From contig NW_003526941.1 in NCBI RefSeq assembly GCF_000181795.1, positions 3,504,520 to 3,568,519 of the forward strand: DNA of 64,000 nucleotides, read 5' to 3'. This stretch comes from Trichinella spiralis (lineage: Eukaryota). Each line of letters opens with the position of its first letter. Position 1 is the stretch's first letter. Below the pieces are notes generated by a model, which was given only the letters and a program-made list of their open reading frames with translations, made no database searches and was not told the origin of the DNA. Below, piece after piece: positions 1-12,070 of this stretch. The position numbers and the translations under genes are program-made.

Positions 1-181
1 TCTATAAATGACACCGCTCTATCAAGCATTTGCAAGTATCTATAAATATCATTGCGTACATGAGAGTATTTTAATTATTATTGTACAATACTGTTTCTGA
101 AAATGAAGAAGGTTTTAATAATACATGTAATTCCCTAGAGGCAGGACTATCGCTTGCTGCGCTTATGAGTAGTTATGTCAA
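1..181 (+). repeat. Near-duplicate of 826-1020 abutting the gap
   Basis: TCTATAAATGACACCGC...GCGCTTATGAGTAGTTATGTCA occurs at 1-181 and 826-1020. The first copy differs mainly by single-base losses in homopolymers. Confidence 0.9.
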
Positions 182-191
182 NNNNNNNNNN
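182..191. other. Assembly gap (10 N)
   Basis: Run of N in the sequence. Confidence 0.99.
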
Positions 192-195
192 TTTT

Positions 196-2660
196 TTTGC
201 TTTTCTGTGTATTTAGATAGGCGCATGCAAACTTTAGAGGCCATTTATTCGACACGTACGGGTTTATGTGCAGTGAAACTTTCCAGGACCCATTAATTTA
301 TCAGGATTTAGCCATATATAACAAAAAAAGGGAAATTTGTGTCAAAAGCCTACTTTCGAAAATCGCAAAAACAGCAAAGGCTATAGCCTTGCTTTTTTGA
401 AAAGTCGAAAATTTTAAGTTGTCGAGAAAATGATTTCAATCGATCAGAAAAAATTAGAAAATCACTACAAACCTGGTCTCACGTTTCATGAATGCGTATT
501 TGCCGAGATATTGCCAAAGATATTGCATGCTGATACGATTTTAGTGGGAGCAACAAGAAGCGCAATAAAATCCGCGCTTTTAATAATATGGAATATAATT
601 CCATTTTATAAATATTTATACAAAAAGTACGACTTATTTCCTCCAAGCAATGTTCGTGATCCTAATAGCATTTGTACCTGAAATTCATTTTTGTAATACA
701 GAAAGCTTCAAATTGAAAAAATTTTAATTACGCAATTTTATTGATTGCAGACAATATAGACACGATAATTAATTAAAATGAACAAAATGAATTTCACTTT
801 TCATGTAGTATTGCATTATTTCCTTCTATAAATGACACCGCTTCTATCAAGCAATTTTGCCAAGTATCTTATTAAATAATCAATTGCGTAACATTGAGAG
901 TATTTTCAATTAATAATTGTACAATACTGTTTCTGAAAATGAAGAAAGATTTTAATAATACATTGTAATTCCCTAGAGGCAGGACTATCGCTTTGCTGCG
1001 CTTATGAGTAGTTATGTCAAAAAATTAGAATAAATGTGAAGCGAGTGCGCATTACTTTTTCTTAAATTGTTAATTTGTTTTATTTTCAACCATTGATATT
1101 GATAACTTTGACAAAATACAATATTTCAAGCTTATTTGCATACGCGTCATTTCATTATGGTGAACTAACCGAAAACTGAATCAAACAGCCACATTGTTGG
1201 TACCGTTGAGATGCTCAATGAATAATTAAGATCGTGAACAGCATAAAATTCAATAAAATGATCGTTTTTTCATTTCGTCAAACATATTCCAAATCATACG
1301 ATAGGCACTCAGGTATTAATAAGTACTGACAGTCACAGCTGGAAAAATTCCAATCTAATGGTAGAATAAATGAGATACTCTCATAGGAAAATAATAAATA
1401 GAAGATTTTGTGCACACTTCAAGTTGTCCCGAAACAACTTTTCAAAATTTATTCCAAATGGACGGAAAATGAAGAAAAATCGACTTGCCCAAAACAAAGA
1501 AATAATGCACAAAAGTGTGCAATTTCGACGAATACCTCACTAAAGTGACGAAAATGCTTCCATTACTAAAATTCAAGCATCTTGGTTTCGTTTCTAGAGA
1601 GTATCAGTTTCGCTTCTTTCATGTGTATTAAGATAGGCGCATGCAAACTTTAGAGCCAATTTATTCAACAAGTACCGGTTAGTTTGCTTTGGAATTTTCA
1701 AAAACTCTCTAATTTATCAAACTTTAGCGAAGTATAACAAAAAAAGCTAACTTTTGGAAATAAGCCTACTTTCGAAAATCGCAAAAACAGCAATTGCTGT
1801 AGCGTTGCTTTTTTAGAAAAATCGTAAATTTCAATTTCTTCAAAAAACAACTTTTTTCATCAAAAAAAATTTATAGAATCACGACGAACCTGGTTTCACG
1901 TTGCATGAAAGCGTATTCAGCAATATATTGCCAAAAAAGATTAGTGATTTAGCGGTTTTAGTGGGAACGTCGTAGTTGGAACCGAAACCTAAGTGCTTTC
2001 TAATACATCTTGTAATTGCATTTAATTAGTATTTACGTTGGAATTTCAACTAATATCCACGAGCAAATGTTGCTGATTTTAATAGCATTTGTACCTGAGT
2101 TTCTTTTTTGTAGTACAGGAATTTTTGAATTGTAGGTGTTTTGTGTATGCAATATTGTTCCCTTCGTTTTATCGAGAATTGAGAATGATATAGAATTAAA
2201 TGAGGTGGCGTGAAATTGTAATATGTGTAATCAACTGCTGTAGTTTATTGTTTCCATATATAAGAAAATCTTTTGGGAAAGAAATTCTTTCAAATTGATC
2301 GAAGTAGCCAAAAATGTAGAAAACGCAAAAAACAAAAAGTGAAAAACGCAAAATATTGCATGTGGTTGCAATTTTCCACGAGCAGTGTTTAGATGTGCCA
2401 AAACGTTATCGTTTGCTAAAACTCAGACATCGCGGTTCCGTTTGAATATAGTTTCAGTGTGTCAACTTTGCCATGTATTAGGTTGGGCAATGTGCAACCT
2501 TTAGAGGCCATTGGTATCGATAGAACGGTGTAGGTTTCGATGAGACTTTGCACAACAGTCTTATTTAGATATGTCTGCGCGAAAATGTAAAAATGGCTAT
2601 GAAAATATTTTGACATCAGAAAAACCGCTAACCCTATTTCGTAGTTTTCGATGAAAATTA
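196..2660 (+). repeat. Diverged direct-repeat family, three copies (~196-720, ~1480-2135, ~2295-2660)
   Basis: Shared blocks: GTGTATT(T/A)AGATAGGCGCATGCAAACTTTAGAG, AGCCTACTTTCGAAAATCGCAAAAACAGCAA and AATAGCATTTGTACCTGA in copies 1 and 2. CTAAAA(T/C)TCA..CATC..GGTT.CGTTT and GCAA(A/C)CTTTAGAG are shared by copies 2 and 3. Confidence 0.8.
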
Positions 2661-5600
2661 GTTTCACACGTTAGTATGGCATAATGGATTTATTCTCCTA
2701 CGTAAATGGAGGAATTGAGTTTTCAACTTTGCTCAGATTAATCTAGCCCTTTATTTATGCTCTTTTGGTTTTCCACATTTTGTCTATGTATTACATACTT
2801 CAGACTGTTATCTGTTCACAATACAACAAGCTTATACAATGCATCTTGCGTCATTTTGTTTTTGAATTAACATTGAATTAATCATCAGACAAAAACAACA
2901 AGTGAAATCTCTAAATACTATCAAAACTAAAATATAATAATATGAAACACAAATTTAATGGATCATTTAATAATTTAATGAGTAAATTTGAACTAAGCGT
3001 TAGATAAAAACATAAAACTTAATATTTTCAAAATATTACAACCCATGAAAACAATTGCAAATAACGATTTTGATGCGTCAATGACCAAACACTGCATCAA
3101 TTCACATCTTAACCATACAGATCTGTCCTTAACTTAATTAAATTAAGGAATAACGTTACCTATTCAAAGTATCTGTAGGCAAAATGTACAGGTTGTGTAA
3201 CCGCACATACCTTTCGTATTTAGTTTTGCATCCAGTTGTCCGTGTCCTCATTCGTCATGTCTATAAAAATGCAAACCATTAAATCAGATGTTCAACCTAA
3301 CATGCAGGATATGTCACAAATAACTGAAATTTCAAAAATGACAAGCAGCTTTTTCAATTGAATGCGAATTTCTCATCATAAGTACATCAACTTTCAAAAA
3401 TAATACAAAGAAGAAACAAAATTAAATTTTTCTCATAAATTTAAATCAAATCTAAAATGCAATAATAAACGAAGAGTACGTTATCTACTGCTACGGTGAG
3501 AAAAGCAACCAAGAACATTGTTATTGGAAACAGATGAGTTTCAATGAGAACTGATTCAAGTGTCAGATAATGAAACTAATGTACCATTATTCGATTTAAC
3601 TCGACAGCAGGACTACTCAAAGTTGTTTCTTTAACATTTTTCACTAATTTCAAATGAAACTTTCAATTTGAAATAATAAAAGCAATCGTAATTTTAATAA
3701 TACATTAAACATATATTATGTTATGTCTCAGACTCTGTTTGACATTCCTCAGACAAAAATTACCATTTTGTTGATTTCTTTCACGCATCGATGCCATCTG
3801 GAGATAACAAAAAAACTTTCAGATGAAGGGGAAAATGCTTATTATCACAAATAGCAAATAGCAACGAAACAAAGCCTAACACAACCACAAACACCAATCA
3901 TTTGAAAAGAGAACTTCATTCTGAATATATTGGTATTCTGGCCTCCGTCACAATGGAAAATAGTACTGAGTAGCCGCCGGTAGCAGTGACCATTTCTCTT
4001 ATGCCGCCGGAACGTCTCGCTTTCAATATATTGGCATTAGTAACCGACAAATGTATTATTGTGCTACACCACTCAGCCCTGCGGATATAACGCGTCCTGT
4101 AAGTTATTTTTCGTCGCAGATGAAATCTGCGGCTTTTATGGTCCCCAGATTTCTCTTCTTTTGTGGTCAGTGCTCTGTATTTGATTGGAAATGTGTTGTT
4201 TAAAAATGAAGAAATGTTGGCCTCTCTTGAAACTTATTGTGCAACAACTTACTGCATCGATCTAACCATCATCGGCATCATCATCATTATCATTATTATT
4301 GTGCTCATTATTTGAATGTACATTTTTGCAGTACTGCTCTGCACTGAACTTGGTCTTTTTTTTCTTGTTTTTATTTTAAATATCACATTTCAAGCACTCT
4401 CAGTTGCCAGTTCAGTACAACACATAAACCAATTTAAATATTTAAAGAATAACATGAAAAATTACAGGGCATGGTCAATGTTATACAACAAGAATAATGA
4501 CAACATGATTTAGGCACTCCGCTAAAATTCATCTGTTTATAGCACTGCAGCCGCATTTGTATCGAAAATCGCTGAACTACAGTAAATGAACTTTTTCACA
4601 TGTCGTATTGCCTAAACACTGTTATTTTATTATTTATTAATTCAAAAACTCTTATTTTTCATCTGCAAAACAACTGTTACCACTAAATGAAATATTTTTC
4701 TAATTGGAATGATTGATAATCAATCACCATTTTTTTCACAAATGAAATTACAAATGACATGTATTACAAGGTATGGAACATGAAATGGTCAAACTTGAAA
4801 TGCAATATTCTTATATATATGAATTAATCTGAAATACATTACAATAGCTACTGAACACCAACAAAATGCTGAATAACTTACATCCGAAATTGAAATTGTG
4901 CAAATACTTAATTTCCAATGATTTTACGGTAATTAAAAATAAAAGATAAAAGGTAAAAAAACATTCTCACCTGAATTTGAATAAGCAGCAAAGTTTATTG
5001 TATGTAAACACAAATCAGCCATAAGTAAAGTATTATTGCTCACGACCGACAATGGAGCTTTTGATGAATAAGGAAAAGAAGTCATTCAGCTGAAATGCTA
5101 TCTGCTAGAAAAAGCTAAAAGCGTAGATACACGTCGATACAGATACACCATCATGCAGCAAATGTGTGTTCACTTTAACATATGCAAATCCTGAAATAAA
5201 ATTACAGCAACTGCCAACAAACGCTGTTGCCGCTATCTACCTCTAAGTTAGCTTTAAAAAAATTCGCTATTTAATTTTGAAAATGACAAATTGAAAAATT
5301 GTCAAGCAAAACATTCACATGCTTTATCAATGTTAGCTGCCGATGCCGATATTTTTAACGTATTTCGCAATAATAATAATGAGAAGAGTTATATTTTGAA
5401 AAAGGAGAAATAATGAAACTTATAAAATAACAAAAATTACATTATTTTTAAATCAGTCTTAAGTATGTATAATCAAGTAATTTCATATAATGGTGTATCA
5501 TTGTTATTCACGTTCTCTAACAAATCATTGTTCAGTGAATATGGAAAGCAAATTGAAAATTGCATTCTTCAATTATTCTTCAAAGTCAGCAGAATAGAAA

Positions 5601-5745
5601 TAAGAAATGAAATTATAGTCGTAAAAGTGAAATTACAGTTTCAAATTTTCTTTTCAAATTGTCAGCAAATGTGAAGAAGGTCAAAAAGTGATAATATTTT
5701 AAAAAGTAAGATAAAAAAAGTAAATTTTTGATACTACGGATGAAT

Positions 5746-7726
5746 TCACAGATTTGGTGGCTCACATCGCAAACATTGAACCATGTCGTTGCTGAATCGC
5801 TCAATCTGCACCGTACTTTCGTAGACGTTGTAGCGCCGGCGAAGTGTAGAAGTGGCATTTTTCAAAAGTTCTTGTGCATTGCAATCGTTGTTGACGGCCA
5901 AGTGAACAGACAGGGCTATTTTATCCATAGTTAGCGACCAAATGTGCAAATCGTGAACTTTTTCAACACCTTCAATTGATCTCAACGTGCTAAATACCTC
6001 GTTGAAACTTATGCTGCGTGGCGAACCTACAAGTAAAATAAAATAATACTACTGAATTCAAAAAAATTTGAACAAATATGCTCTGATGATGCTTAATCAC
6101 TTCATGATTAAATGAATCACAGTCGTTTATGACTGAAGCTTTATCAAAACAACAATTTTATCAAATAATAATTTTTCCCTTCAGCAGGGTAAATATTTGA
6201 AATTTGCTCAATGCAATTGTCAACATAGTTGGAACTGTCAACATGTTAAATTGTTTTTTCTCCTTTTTATTGATTTTGCCCAACAACCTGAAAATCAATT
6301 TTCTTATCATCTTATTTATTCAGTAAATCAATCAGTATGCAAATGAAATAACTTTCAACGTAAAATCGAAGCTCAACGTTCTTCACTTCCGTTTATGATG
6401 TTTTCATCAATTGCAATGTGTTCATTAATTTCATCAATGACAAAGAAAACTTTCTTACCTTCCATCAGCACATTGAGAACATCTTTCACAATGTTTACAG
6501 TTGTTATTAGGACCAATACCGAAAAGATAAATGTGCATATTGGGTCGACAATTGTTAAGTCAGGCTAAAATAACAAAAAATATTCTTTCATTATCATTGA
6601 GAATAATCAACTTTTCTCAATTAATTTGGGTAACAAATATTCTTGAGCATATTTCAGGTGAGAATCATTCTCATTTCAGTAAAGTAATACAAATAAATGA
6701 TTAAACAACTTATGAAAATTCAAAAATAATACAATTAGAAAAAAGTGCTTTTACATTTTAATTAAATGCACATATATATATATATATATACATGCTTATG
6801 CGTATTTAAAAAGTTCTTTTTACTTACTTTATAATAAATTACAAAAGCCGCTGCCAGCACTCCAACACTTTGGCAAAAATCACCCAAAACATGTATGAAT
6901 GCCGCTCGGACGTTAATATTTTTTGACTCTTTAATGTTCGATTTCAAATGATTCGCCGATGATGCCGAATTGTGCGAATGTCCGTGACCACCCAAACAAT
7001 GCAAAACTGAAGCCATTCTACAACAGCAATAATAGTGATAATGATAATATGATTATTACAAAAAACCAAAAAAAAATCCCTTCTTATCAATTGACAAAAA
7101 ACCGATTATTAAATATTATTCAACTTGCATTAAATTGACAAGAACACCAACAGCTGCAGTGATCATCATCACTTTGGCGTCAATGTCGAAGGTTCTGTAA
7201 ATCAGGCGTTCAATGGCAATGTAAACCAAAATTCCGGTGATTACCCAAATCAGAATTACTGAAACCAATGCACCCAAAACTTCTTTAATGAAAACTATAT
7301 ATAATGATGAAGGACATTAGCACAGTTTCAAAAAGGTACCGGCTCTGTGCCAGCCGAAGCTCATCCGTCTGGTTGCTGGCCTCGAGGCGACGTACATTGA
7401 GAACAATGAAATCAGAAAGCTTGCCAAATCGGTAAGCAGATGAGCCGCGTCGGTCATGATCGCCAAACTGCCAGCAAAATAACCGCCTTTAATTAAAATT
7501 ATTCTCAATCATTCGTTCAATCGATTATTGTGCTCTGTTTCCATGTTACCAATAATTTCCGCTGCCATGAAGAAAAAACAAAGAAAAATGGAGATGAGCA
7601 ACACTCGCTTATCTCTGCTGTTGGTGGAATAAATTTTTCTGCTTCCATTGTGACAATGATTGCTAACGTCGCTGTCATTTTCTTCTGTGGATTTTGATTC
7701 AGAATCCGATGAGAGACATTTGCTTC

Positions 7727-7758
<32 letters not shown>

Positions 7759-7927
7759 CTGTTGTTGTGGTGGTGGTTCAACACTACCGTCGGTGCTGGA
7801 TTTTGATAACAGGAACAAATGTGCGACGAAGAGGACTGATAATCCGGAAAGTAGCTGTGCTTACAATCGCTATTTTTCATTTCGATCATCTTTTCACAAG
7901 GTCTGCTAAATTGTTAAAATTGTAAAG

Positions 7928-7962
<35 letters not shown>

Positions 7963-8081
7963 ACAATTCGTTCTCATTATTCTTTTGCTTCATTTTTCAA
8001 AACCTACCTGAACTTCAACGCTGCTGCACTCTGTCGATAAATTGGTACTTTTTCTTGTTCAAACGAATAATTGTCCACCAT
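5746..8081 (-). CDS. Cation diffusion facilitator zinc transporter (ZnT2/SLC30A2-like), multi-exon
   Basis: Exons encode [24 protein letters not shown], His-rich loop [33 protein letters not shown] and [10 protein letters not shown]. Start ATG at 8081 ([11 protein letters not shown]), stop at 5746. Confidence 0.93.
7728..7778 (-). repeat. (AAC)n/(CAC)n trinucleotide repeat encoding a His/poly-Asn tract in the ZnT N-terminus
   Basis: Run of GTT on the + strand, in frame as [17 protein letters not shown]. Confidence 0.9.
7931..7960. repeat. (AG)15 microsatellite in ZnT intron 1
   Basis: Direct reading. Confidence 0.95.
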
Positions 8082-8739
8082 AACCACCAAAAGTGAAAAT
8101 TTAAATTTCAATTTTCAAAAACCTTCATATATAACCGTTCGTTGAACAACAAGTGACAGAATACAGCGAAATCAGTAATAAAACACCGTTCAATCCAGGA
8201 AGAAGCCACAAGGGAAGTTCCCAACGAAAGAGCAAACACTGATTGCACTAATCAGCGTTTTCCAAACTCACCCATCATTAACTGTGATAAGATAAGCATG
8301 CTAACGTACGTCGGCATCACTGATTAAACGTATTTTTCGAATGTTTTTACTATGAAGAAAAATGCAACAATTCTCTGAAATATTATTAAAAAGCAGATTA
8401 AATTTATTCTATTTTTCAACATGAAATAGTTTTCCAAATTATAAAACAAATAAACAGTTATCATTATCAATAACTGTAAAAAACAACTTCAACTCAAACT
8501 TTATTTCTGTTCTATTAACTTGCCTTCCTGAACCACTATCAAAAACTTATTTAATTGGAAAAAATAATTTTTTTCATTAAAAATTCAAACTGAACAAATG
8601 AAATCATATTTTAGCAAAAAAGAACTGAAGCGAACATAGTTAAACTTGAAAATATTTTACTGTACTTCGTGTTTTGTAAAAAATAAAATTAACAACTTTC
8701 ATCAAATATTCATAATTTCCTCACCTGATTGTTTCGTGT

Positions 8740-9543
8740 ATGTCCGAATTAGCATTAACATCAGATAATAACCACCATTGTGTGCCGACTGGCATTGTGA
8801 GTCTGGACGATGTTTTACATGGCGGCTTGCCAGTTGGATCTATCGCTGTAATCGAGCACAATTTGGTCGACGGTGCTGTAGTGAAAGAAATAAAAAGAAC
8901 ACTTTTCAAGCAGAACAGTTTGAACAGTCAGGCTACATATCATGCAGGTATGTTTGAAAAGACTGACGACATATGCCGTATGTGTGGGAAAGTAGAAGTT
9001 GCAGAAGTAGGTTTTAAGCGATGCTTCAAACTGGACACTAGTTTTGATGGTGATAATATTTCAATGCTTCTGGATGATCTGAAAAGCATATGCAGTAGCT
9101 CAATTCACGTTCCGAACAATTCGAATAGTAAAGTATTGCGCATTTTGATCGAAAACGCCAATTCGCTGATATGGTGTGATCCGGATCAAATAGATGCATA
9201 CATGATACGCTTGCGTGCCATTGTCAGACGAAGTTACGCCGTATGTTTCATGTTTTGTCCAATTTCTCAAAATTCTCCTGAAGAAAATGTGCATTATTTC
9301 GCAGATGTAGTTCTTTCATTGGATGAACCTTCAACATTTGATAACAATCCTTATTTTTCTCAATATGCGGCCATTCTGACAGTCAAAAAGCTGTACAGCA
9401 TTAATGCTGTAAGTCAACGCTTTAACAATTTTTCACGCTATGGTGTAAAGCGTAAAGGAAACAAAATTTCCATCGAAGAACTATCAATGCCTCCACTACT
9501 TTCAGAAATAAATATTCCTTGTTTTTCAAATGTAGATTTTTGA
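8740..9543 (+). CDS. ELP4: Elongator complex subunit 4-like (RecA-fold, PAXNEB family), single exon
   Basis: 267-aa ORF. N-terminus PTGIVSLDDVLHGGLPVGS, internal LRILIEN..SLIW and LRAIVRRS.AVC, C-terminus KRK..KISIEELSMPP, all matching the Elp4 pattern. Confidence 0.8.
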   Translation: MSELALTSDNNHHCVPTGIVSLDDVLHGGLPVGSIAVIEHNLVDGAVVKEIKRTLFKQNSLNSQATYHAGMFEKTDDICRMCGKVEVAEVGFKRCFKLDTSFDGDNISMLLDDLKSICSSSIHVPNNSNSKVLRILIENANSLIWCDPDQIDAYMIRLRAIVRRSYAVCFMFCPISQNSPEENVHYFADVVLSLDEPSTFDNNPYFSQYAAILTVKKLYSINAVSQRFNNFSRYGVKRKGNKISIEELSMPPLLSEINIPCFSNVDF

Positions 9544-10228
9544 AAAGTAAAAAATATCAGTGAAATGAATTTTTCTTCTAACAAAAAGATGACAATAGAT
9601 AGTTGGCGTTAAATTAAAACCAACACAACTTCAATACAGAGTAACGAAAAGCTGTGAGCATCAATCAAAATTGCTTAAACTGTTGAAGAAATTAAGCATT
9701 TTAATGAATTCAATGTTCATCAAATAGTAGTGTTTCACTCGTAGCTGTTAAAAATTGACTTTTATCCAAAATTAATTTGTCTAACACTAAACTTATTCCA
9801 ATCTGACAACAATTAATTCCTACACGACTTTGAGCATACCATAGTACAGTACATCTTTTGTATACTGTAAGATGTTAAAATAAAATAGGTAGATGATTGT
9901 GTCGAATTATTTATTTTTTCCTGCAAATATAATTAATTTGCGCAACATTCAAACAGTTTGTTTATTTTTTAAATTTAATTTTAATTATTTTATGTGAATT
10001 AATTTGCTGTTTTCCTAAGTAATTCACAAATCCTTAATTTGCTTTAATATTGTATTTTGCCAGAATATACTGCAGAATCTGTTGAAATATTCTTCAGGCA
10101 ATGAGTGAAATTTTGATATCACAAAAATAGCATAAAAATGTGTTCAAGAAAAATGTCGCATATTTAAATGATTGTAAGAAAGGGACAATTTTGTAATTGT
10201 TCTATTTCCATGCGAGTGTAGCTGTGAA

Positions 10229-11655
10229 ATGATGAAGAAAGAAAATGCACTATACCAAGTATATAATGCCCCTCCTGATGTTGAGACGTACAATTCAAGA
10301 GTACCTTACCTGGTTGACGCTGTGATACACCGGAGCAGCAGTAGATGGAAAATTGGCAAAAGTGACTGTGCGAAAAATTCGAACGTTATCCTTTCATCAT
10401 CGTTGAATAATAATAAATCTGATATACAAGCTATTTGTTCAGAGGAGAAGATAGATTCACCTGAAAAATTCGACAACAGTTCCTCGTTAAGTGATTTGAA
10501 GTTAAACGAAAATAACAGCAGTGAAAATATTTCCAACTTGCACGACGATTTTAAAAATTTGGAAGAAGAGTACAAAAAATTGCTTCACAAGTATGAATTA
10601 TGTGAAAAACAACTCCAATATCAAACAAAGGTATCGATCATTTTTCTCAAAAGAATAAAATTTAAATTATTTAATGTTAGAAGTGAAAATTTCGTTCAAA
10701 AGTATGTATATACAGTAGTGTAATTTAACAGGTTAATGATGAGCTGAAGAATTTACTGGTTGCTTCTGTTGGGAATGAATTCCATACAAAAGTAGGCTTG
10801 TTAATGGAAGAGAAAGTGCGACTTGTTGAAAATGTATCCCAGTACTTCGATCAGCTGAAAAAAGAGCGCGAAATACAGGAAAAGTTAGCTGCTCAGAGGG
10901 ATGTATGGAGATCGAAATTTTTGTCAAGTTGGTAAAAAAAGAAGTATTCTTCCCAGCATCTTGATACGTACATTTTCAAATTTAGTGTCATCGTCGATAA
11001 GTTAACGAATGTGAAGCAATCTTTGTTGAAAAAATGCCAACAACAGTACCGAATAATTGGACAACTGATGCAAGATCGTACTTGTCATTCTTCTGTACTA
11101 CTTGAAACGTTTTCGTATGCTAGTTTTCATAGAATTATTGATCATTTATAAAATAGATAAATCAAGAAATAAATACTCATTTGTTCAGCATATTGCAAGA
11201 TTTAAATGCGAAGAAAAATCCCGAGTGGAGTTTGGTTCGTAATACAAAATCTTTGACAATGGATGACCTTCTAAGCGACTGTCGCACTCTGGCAGATGCT
11301 TTGCACACTCGTTTAATTGATCGACCTATCATTCGAAACAATGATACATCATATTTATACATTGAAACAGAGCATGAACAACAAGCTAAAGAGGTAAATT
11401 GCAAAAATTTTAATTTTTTTCCTTGTTATTGCACAAATGGAATTTCTCAGCATTGTAAGTTTTATTCCTTACCTTACTATGTAGATTCTTTCATGCGATA
11501 TTAAAGCCACAGTCGGCGACGAGAACTCTGATTGTCTAGACGCTTTAGCCTCTATTGCGGAAAGACAAGGTGAAATGTGCTTTTCGACATTGAGCACATC
11601 CGATGCTTTGATCCGTTGTTGCAAAAGGTGCAAAGGTGTTGTGCAGTATCTTTAA
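10229..11655 (+). CDS. BLZF1: Golgin-45 / BLZF1 homolog, multi-exon
   Basis: Spliced coiled-coil QTK|VNDELKNLLVASVG, DVWRSKFLSS, and C-terminal CCKRCKGVVQYL* resembling the Golgin-45 CCxxCxG tail. Stop TAA at 11653-11655. Confidence 0.85.
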
Positions 11656-12070
11656 ATGTTAATTTTCTTGTTAATGTTTTTTTTCTTTCAATTTTCGTTG
11701 ACTTATATATATATATATATATTGTTGAGTAAAATATAAACAGCAGCATATGCGTATGTATTGCATTTTTATAAAACGAAAATTCGATGAAATTGGAAAG
11801 TAACATTTAAAAATAAAAATGAACAATTTCAAACGTTTTCAACAATAAATGCAAAAAGTACATAATGCACAAATAATAATATTATCAACAACAATGTGGA
11901 AGTATTTTTCACTGTATTTATCTTGTTCATTTCTCTCAATCAGAAGACGCAACTTCGGCAAAAGAAGTTTCCATCGTTTGGTTGACTGCATAACTGATGG
12001 TGCAAGAATTCAAAATGCTTACATAAATTATTCAACATTAATAAATACGACGACAATGACGAACAGAAAA

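Noticed and set aside
7694..7909. Plus-strand poly-Cys ORF
   Set aside because: Antisense reading of the (AAC)n poly-Asn repeat in the ZnT exon.
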